The notes beneath the pieces are model-generated. The model was not told the DNA's origin, did no database searches, and worked only from the letters and a program-made list of their open reading frames with translations. A stretch of 64,000 bases of DNA from an uncultured Eubacteriales bacterium (lineage in GTDB: Bacteria; Bacillota; Clostridia; Oscillospirales; CAG-272), in contig CAKSDP010000003.1 in NCBI GenBank assembly GCA_934446065.1, forward strand, positions 35,349 to 99,348, read 5' to 3'. Of the stretch, positions 58,467-64,000 are shown one piece after another (position 1 is the stretch's first letter; every line of letters starts with the position of its first letter). Position numbers and translations under genes: made by a program.

Positions 58467-59273
58467 TTATTTTTGCCGCTGCTTGTTTTTAGATGTAAGG
58501 AAGGCTGCTACCGGGATAATTTCCGCAGCTCCCGCAAACGAGAGAGCGGACACGGCGGCACGCATCGTTGCACCTGTCGTGATCATGTCGTCGATGACTA
58601 TTACACGCGCCCCGGCGGCATCCGTGGCGGCGCTTTTGCGAAGCGAGAGCGTCGATTCGGCATTGCGTTGGCGCTCAAGTGCGCCGAGAGTCTTCTGATC
58701 CGTTCCGCCGCGCCGCACGAACATTGCGCAATAACGGCATCCGATAAGCTTTGCGCATCTCTTTGCACAAAGCCCCATATGATCGAAGCCGTACTTGCGC
58801 AGAGCGGCGGCGGAGCGCGGTATGTACGTTACGGTGCAGTCGCGCACGTCAAAGTGATCGGTAGCGGCACGCCGCAGTATTTCCGCCGAGATCATACGCG
58901 CGAGAAACACTGCTCCGCTTGAATCGGCGGCACGCTTTGTGTGATACACGAGCGACGAGACTGCGCTGTCTTCGTCGTATCCCTCATAGAACGCGCAGAA
59001 TATCAGCGGATGCACCGCTGTAAACGGCGACACCTCAAACTCGCTGCAAAACTCGGGAGCGCAGACACAATCGCGCGGCGCTTGCCCGCACTGCGGGCAG
59101 ACAGTGCACATATCATCCGTAAGACGGGACAGGCATTCCGGACACGGCTCGCCTATGCGGCGCTTTCCGCTGACATCCCCGCATACCGGGCATATCGGCG
59201 GAAACAGCAGATACATCGCAGTCGCGCCGAGGCGTTTCAGGTATCGGATGAGCTTTCTCGCGGCTGCCGTCAT
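58467..59273 (-). CDS. comFC: ComF-family protein (ComFC-like phosphoribosyltransferase)
   Basis: N-terminal double Cys-x-x-Cys zinc fingers (CPVCG..CPEC; CTVCPQCG) and PRTase motif VIVIDDMITTGAT. Confidence 0.8.
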   Translation of the reverse strand: MTAAARKLIRYLKRLGATAMYLLFPPICPVCGDVSGKRRIGEPCPECLSRLTDDMCTVCPQCGQAPRDCVCAPEFCSEFEVSPFTAVHPLIFCAFYEGYDEDSAVSSLVYHTKRAADSSGAVFLARMISAEILRRAATDHFDVRDCTVTYIPRSAAALRKYGFDHMGLCAKRCAKLIGCRYCAMFVRRGGTDQKTLGALERQRNAESTLSLRKSAATDAAGARVIVIDDMITTGATMRAAVSALSFAGAAEIIPVAAFLTSKNKQRQK

Positions 59274-61528
59274 TGGGCAGTCCCCGAATATTTTTTAAGA
59301 ATGTACGAAAGTCCGGTTGAGCGCTTTGAGTGCGAGCTGTTTGACACCATATATTGCAGGCTGTCCGGACGCGCGACAAGTATAACGAGACGCGACGCAC
59401 GCGTGATTGCTGTATACAGCAGATATTTCGACAGAAGCATCGGGTGGCAGCCGTACACGGGGATTATGACCACCGGATACTCGGAGCCCTGGCTTTTGTG
59501 CACGGTGATCGCGTATGAAAGGTCAAGCTCCTCAAGCTCTGTTTGCCCGTAGACGGCACGTTTGCCGTCAAAATTCACGGTCACGGCACCGTCGGTATCG
59601 ATCTCCTCGATCACGCCTATATCGCCGTTGAATATCCCGTGCCCGTCCGTCGAATCCTTCTCCCACTCGATCGTGTAGTTGTTGCGCATCTGCATGACGC
59701 GATCGCCCTCGCGGAATGTCACTCCGGCGCGGGTGATCTCACGCTTATCCGGAGACTTCGGATTGAGCGCATTCTGCAGTGCGCGGCAGATCTCCTCGGT
59801 TCCGGCTGCTCCCTTTTTCGAGGGAGAGATGACCTGTATTTTTGACACGATGTCCTCCCCATATGCCATCGGCAGCCGCCTTGTGCAAAGATCGGTTATG
59901 GCTGCGGCAACGTCTGCATCGCTTTGCCTTTTCAGGATGAAGAAATCGCTTTCGCGTCCGCCCGAGGTCGGCATAATGCCGTGGTTGACCGCGTGGGCGT
60001 TCGTGACGATCAGGCTTTCGCCTGATTGGCGGAATATTTCGGTGAGCCTTACCGTACAGAAGCAGCCGGAATCAATGAGGTCGCCGAGGACGTTTCCCGC
60101 TCCGACAGACGGAAGCTGATCCGAATCGCCGACGAATATCACACGTGCGCCGGGCTTTATCGCGCGGAGCAGCGAATGCATGAGCAGCGTGTCGATCATC
60201 GACACCTCATCGATGATGAAAACGTCCTCGGCGAGCGTGTTATTCTCGTCGCGGAGAAAAACGCCCGATTCATCGTCGTTTTCCGCAGAAAAGCTCGTCT
60301 CAAGCAAGCGGTGGATCGTCTGAGCCTCATGCGAGGTTGCCTCGCTCATCCGGTTTGCGGCACGGCCGGTCGGTGCAGCAAGCGCGCATTTCTGTCCCAT
60401 ACTCTCGAATATCGAGAGTATCGCGCGGGTGATGGTGGTTTTTCCGGTACCGGGTCCGCCGGTGAGTATCATAACTCCGTTTTCCATTGATGCTGCGATC
60501 GCGCGGCGCTGCATATCGGCAAATGTGATGCCGTTTGAGCGCTCAAGATTATCTATAAATATCCCGATATCGCCCGCGTCGATCTTCGGACACAGCGCAG
60601 AGAGACGCAGAAGACTCTCGGCAATGGAGTTTTCAGCTTTATAATATTTCGGAAGATATACGACGCGCTCATCCGACAGCATCTCGCAGCTCAACGCCAA
60701 TCTCGAGATCAGCGTCTCGGCAGCATCCGAGACGGTCTGCGGCTCGAGCGCAAGAAGATCCGAGGCATACGCGACGAGCGTGCCAAAGGGGACGCAGGTG
60801 TGACCGCCCCGCCTTGCCTCCTCCGAGAGGACAAAATCTATTCCGGCGGAGATGCGCTCGGGCGAGTCCGGCTCAAGCCCCATCGAATGGGCAAGCTCAT
60901 CGGCTTTTCTGAAGCTTATACCCGAAATATCGCGGCAGAGGGTATACGGGTTCGCCTTGATCTTATTCACCGCCGCAGCGCCCCATTTTTTGTATATGCG
61001 CATTGAAACCGAGGGGGAGCAGATATTCTTGCAGTACATTATCACGGCGCGGGCGCCGGCGCTTTCGCGGAAGCTCTCGCCGATCTGAGCAGCCTTCTTC
61101 TTCGAGATACCGCTCATTTCCGCGAGCCATTCCGGATGGTTTTCTATGACGTCAAACGTCTCGGTGCCGTACTTTTCAACGATCTTTATTGCGGTTTTGG
61201 GACCGATCCCCTTGACGTTGCCCGCGGAGAGGTACCGCAGAATGTCCCCTTCGCTCGACGGCATATCCTGCTCATAATATTCGCATCGAAACTGTTTGCC
61301 GTATGTCGGATGGGTGTCCCATCTGCCGTATGCCGTTACGGTATCTCCCTCGGATATCATGGGAAGCGAGCCTACAAGCGTTACAAGCTCTCCCGATGAA
61401 TCCTCAAGGTCACATACGGTATAGCTGCCGTCAGGACTCTGATATACAACGGCGTCAACAACGCCTGTAATCTTTTCATCCATCGTACCCATGAGAAAGT
61501 CCCCGTCCTTGTAATTTTCCGATACCAC
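59270..61528 (-). CDS. recD2: RecD2-type SF1B ATP-dependent DNA helicase
   Basis: Walker A GGPGTGKTT, Walker B IIDEVSM, HhH N-terminal region, C-terminal SH3-like; 752 aa. Confidence 0.85.
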   Translation of the reverse strand: MVSENYKDGDFLMGTMDEKITGVVDAVVYQSPDGSYTVCDLEDSSGELVTLVGSLPMISEGDTVTAYGRWDTHPTYGKQFRCEYYEQDMPSSEGDILRYLSAGNVKGIGPKTAIKIVEKYGTETFDVIENHPEWLAEMSGISKKKAAQIGESFRESAGARAVIMYCKNICSPSVSMRIYKKWGAAAVNKIKANPYTLCRDISGISFRKADELAHSMGLEPDSPERISAGIDFVLSEEARRGGHTCVPFGTLVAYASDLLALEPQTVSDAAETLISRLALSCEMLSDERVVYLPKYYKAENSIAESLLRLSALCPKIDAGDIGIFIDNLERSNGITFADMQRRAIAASMENGVMILTGGPGTGKTTITRAILSIFESMGQKCALAAPTGRAANRMSEATSHEAQTIHRLLETSFSAENDDESGVFLRDENNTLAEDVFIIDEVSMIDTLLMHSLLRAIKPGARVIFVGDSDQLPSVGAGNVLGDLIDSGCFCTVRLTEIFRQSGESLIVTNAHAVNHGIMPTSGGRESDFFILKRQSDADVAAAITDLCTRRLPMAYGEDIVSKIQVISPSKKGAAGTEEICRALQNALNPKSPDKREITRAGVTFREGDRVMQMRNNYTIEWEKDSTDGHGIFNGDIGVIEEIDTDGAVTVNFDGKRAVYGQTELEELDLSYAITVHKSQGSEYPVVIIPVYGCHPMLLSKYLLYTAITRASRLVILVARPDSLQYMVSNSSHSKRSTGLSYILKKYSGTAQ

Positions 61529-61672
61529 GCCGGATCTTGTGTTAACCTATTGTATCACAAATTGCGCCGTTTGTCAAACGTATGTTCGCAAATCTGCGAA
61601 AAATATACGGCAAAAACCTAATCAACAACCTCACGGCATGAGCATAAACTTTTACTGAGCGGAGGTGATGCC

Positions 61673-61888
61673 ATGACATTTGAAGCCGTGCTGTATACGA
61701 TACTTACTATTTTTGCGGTATACGGAATGTATACGGCGCTGCACGGATTTGTCTCGTTCATCGTCGGAATATTCGGAAAGGACGAGAGAGGGACTGCGTG
61801 CTGCGACTGTCCGCACTGCAAAATATCGAATATAAAGGACGCGCCGGAGACAGAGACCGGAGAGGATCATAAAGATCGGTCTGAATAG
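61673..61888 (+). CDS. small membrane-anchored Cys-cluster protein, unknown function
   Basis: 71 aa; GGAGGTG RBS 5 nt upstream; one TM helix then CCDCPHC motif and acidic tail; terminator follows. Confidence 0.45.
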   Translation: MTFEAVLYTILTIFAVYGMYTALHGFVSFIVGIFGKDERGTACCDCPHCKISNIKDAPETETGEDHKDRSE

Positions 61889-61907
61889 GAACACAATGCT
61901 GCCTTGA

Positions 61908-61946
61908 AATGAGTTCGGGATTACACCGGACTCATTTTTGTTTTTC
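61908..61946 (+). terminator. rho-independent terminator
   Basis: AATGAGTTCGG...CCGGACTCATT hairpin followed by TTTTGTTTTT. Confidence 0.6.
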
Positions 61947-62057
61947 TATATAAAGAGGCGTGCGATTTTACATCGATTTTACAATAGTACGATTACCGAT
62001 TTGACATCAGCTTGTTAAAATAAATTGTAAAAATTATAAGAGGGGTTTGTAAAATAC

Positions 62058-63800
62058 GTGGATATTTTTCATTTTTTAACGATGATCGGGGGGCTGTGTC
62101 TTTTCCTGTTCGGAATGACCCTTATGGGACAGGCACTTGAACGCAGAGCCGGAAACGGACTCAAAAATATACTCGGCCGCCTGACGGGAAGCAAGACCGC
62201 CGGACTTTTGACGGGACTCGGAGTGACCTCGGTCATTCAAAGCTCCTCCGCCACAACGGTTATGGTTGTCGGCTTTGTCAACGCGGGGATCATGACGCTC
62301 CGTCAGTCCATCAACGTAATAATGGGCGCAAACATTGGAACGACCGTTACGGCGTGGATCCTCAGCCTTGCGGGGATCGACAGCGGCAATATATGGGTAA
62401 AGCTTCTGAAGCCCTCGTCGTTTACGCCGATCCTTGCGCTCATCGGTATAATTCTGTTTATGTTCTGCAAGAAGGACAAGCAGAAGGACACGGGCATGAT
62501 ACTGCTCGGATTTGCCACTCTGATGTTCGGCATGGAGACAATGACGGACGCAGTCTCCGTACTCAAAGACACCCCCGGCTTCGGAGAAGCGCTCCTGCTG
62601 TTCACTAATCCTGTACTCGGCGTTCTTGTCGGCGCGATCCTTACGGCAATAATCCAATCAAGCTCCGCCTCCGTCGGTATTCTGCAAGCTCTTGCTTCCA
62701 CCGGCGTAGTTTCCTACGGTGCCGCCGTACCGATCATCATGGGTCAGAACATCGGAACCTGCGTGACGGCGCTTATTTCCTCGATCGGCGCAAACAAAAA
62801 CGCAAAGCGCGCGGCGATGGTTCATCTCTCGTTCAACGTCATCGGAAGTGCCGTATGGCTGACAGTCTTCTGCATCGTAAAGGCGATCTTTGCACCGGCG
62901 ATCCTTGCCGCCTCCGCTTCGCTTTTCGGAATTGCCGTATGTCACTCGATCTTCAATATACTTTGCACGCTCCTCATGCTTCCCATGGGCAATCTGCTCG
63001 AAAAGTTGGTCTGCACGATAATTCCCGATTCCAAGGAAAAAGAAAAGCAGAACGAGCTTGATGAGCGCCTGCTTGCCACCCCCTCGCTTGCGCTCGCGCA
63101 AAGTCAGGCTGTTGCCGCAAAAATGGCGGAATGTGCGGGAGATGCACTTAAAAAATCGCTTGCGAATCTTACGAATTATTCTCCGTCGATCGCAAAAGAA
63201 ATTCGCGACGCCGAAAACAAATGCGATGAGTACGAGGACATTCTCGGCACTTATCTGATCAAGGTCAGTTCGGCAAAGCTCAACCGCGAAGAGAGCGAAG
63301 AAGCCACGATGCTTCTGAAGGTGATCGGTGATTACGAGCGCATTTCCGATCACGCAGTGAACATTCTTGATTCCGCAGAGGAGCTGCACGACAAGAAGCT
63401 CTCGCTGACGGAAGAAGCCCTGAAAGAATATGAAGTTATGGCGAAAGCCGTCTACGAAGTTGTAACCCTCACAAATGCGGCGTTCGTTCAGTCCGATGTT
63501 GAAACGGCAGCCAAAGTCGAACCGCTTGAGCAGGTCGTGGATCAGCTCCGCGATCGCCTGCGCACAGACCACATTCTCCGTATGCAGAAAGGAAAATGTT
63601 CGGTTGAAGCCGGATTTGTATGGGCGGATCTGCTCACGAATCTGGAAAGGGTCAGCGACCATTGTTCAAATATTGCGGGATACATAATCGACAGCTCCGA
63701 GCACAATCTGAATCTTCACGAAACGCTGAGAAAAGCAAAGGTGAGCGACGGTCCTTATCAGGAGAATTACAGAAAGTACGCCGAAGAATATCAGGTGTAA
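62058..63800 (+). CDS. Na+/phosphate cotransporter family protein with C-terminal PhoU-like domains (YjbB-like)
   Basis: Duplicated Na_Pi_cotrans motifs (GSKTAGLLTGLGVTSVIQSSSATTVMVV; ILTAIIQSSSASVGIL), C-terminal PhoU-like helical repeats; 580 aa; probable GTG start. Confidence 0.85.
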   Translation: MDIFHFLTMIGGLCLFLFGMTLMGQALERRAGNGLKNILGRLTGSKTAGLLTGLGVTSVIQSSSATTVMVVGFVNAGIMTLRQSINVIMGANIGTTVTAWILSLAGIDSGNIWVKLLKPSSFTPILALIGIILFMFCKKDKQKDTGMILLGFATLMFGMETMTDAVSVLKDTPGFGEALLLFTNPVLGVLVGAILTAIIQSSSASVGILQALASTGVVSYGAAVPIIMGQNIGTCVTALISSIGANKNAKRAAMVHLSFNVIGSAVWLTVFCIVKAIFAPAILAASASLFGIAVCHSIFNILCTLLMLPMGNLLEKLVCTIIPDSKEKEKQNELDERLLATPSLALAQSQAVAAKMAECAGDALKKSLANLTNYSPSIAKEIRDAENKCDEYEDILGTYLIKVSSAKLNREESEEATMLLKVIGDYERISDHAVNILDSAEELHDKKLSLTEEALKEYEVMAKAVYEVVTLTNAAFVQSDVETAAKVEPLEQVVDQLRDRLRTDHILRMQKGKCSVEAGFVWADLLTNLERVSDHCSNIAGYIIDSSEHNLNLHETLRKAKVSDGPYQENYRKYAEEYQV

Positions 63801-64000
63801 ATCACATGATAGCTTTGACGAATGCTGACACAGCGGAACGACGTATGATGTAAAAGCGCTGCATTCCCCCCCTTTCACTTATCGCTATAATCCTACAATC
63901 GCACGGCAGTATGGTATGGGGCATGTTGGTTTGTCAATGATATGTTACACAGTGCTTCAAAAAATTATCGAGAGTAGCCTTGGGAGAGATCCAGTTAAGC

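Noticed and set aside
1-64000. Search for CRISPR arrays, tRNA/rRNA genes, IS elements, toxin-antitoxin or restriction-modification/defence cassettes
   Set aside because: No regularly spaced short repeats, no tRNA-like cloverleaf candidates in intergenic regions, and no transposase/integrase/methyltransferase/nuclease ORFs were found. The only accessory-looking DNA is the 35.8-41.0 kb AT-richer block described above.

Overview
This is a 64 kb stretch of a high-GC (about 58-60 % by eye) chromosome from a spore-forming member of the Clostridia. Spo0A, WhiA, YabP/YabQ/DivIC and SpoVB-like genes are present, and a type-I dockerin module on a large leucine-rich-repeat surface protein suggests a Ruminococcaceae/Oscillospiraceae-like organism with a cellulosome or amylosome. 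Most of the window is densely packed core genes, mostly on the minus strand in the first half: dnaE, whiA, murB, tyrS, the Bacillus-like block nusB-xseA-xseB-ispA-tlyA-nadK-argR-recN, the sporulation/cell-division block mazG-hup-yabO-yabP-yabQ-divIC, relA-dtd, recJ, cdaA-cdaR, mtaB, spo0A, a flotillin/NfeD pair, asnB, murE and recD2-comFC. Three things stand out. (1) A roughly 2.2 kb AT-rich insertion (38805-41028) is bracketed by roughly 148 bp imperfect direct repeats that duplicate the 3' end of a DUF2156-like gene. It carries only one large gene, an ECF-type sigma factor fused to a roughly 370 aa soluble domain of unknown function. The geometry looks like the attL/attR of an integrative element that has no integrase, so a cis-mobilisable element or a decayed remnant. 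(2) The adjacent roughly 910 aa LRR-dockerin surface protein gene is split by a single in-frame TAA inside one repeat unit. (3) A co-directional cluster of an LtaS-family enzyme, AsnB, an ATP-grasp ligase, an Asp/Glu racemase, MurE and a MATE transporter looks like a module for an L-Lys-D-Asp/D-isoAsn peptidoglycan cross-bridge, and the MurE carries a DNPD motif instead of DNPR. No rRNA, tRNA or CRISPR array was seen. Many long antisense ORFs in the track are GC-rich artefacts. Every homology statement rests on reading motifs by eye and needs database confirmation.
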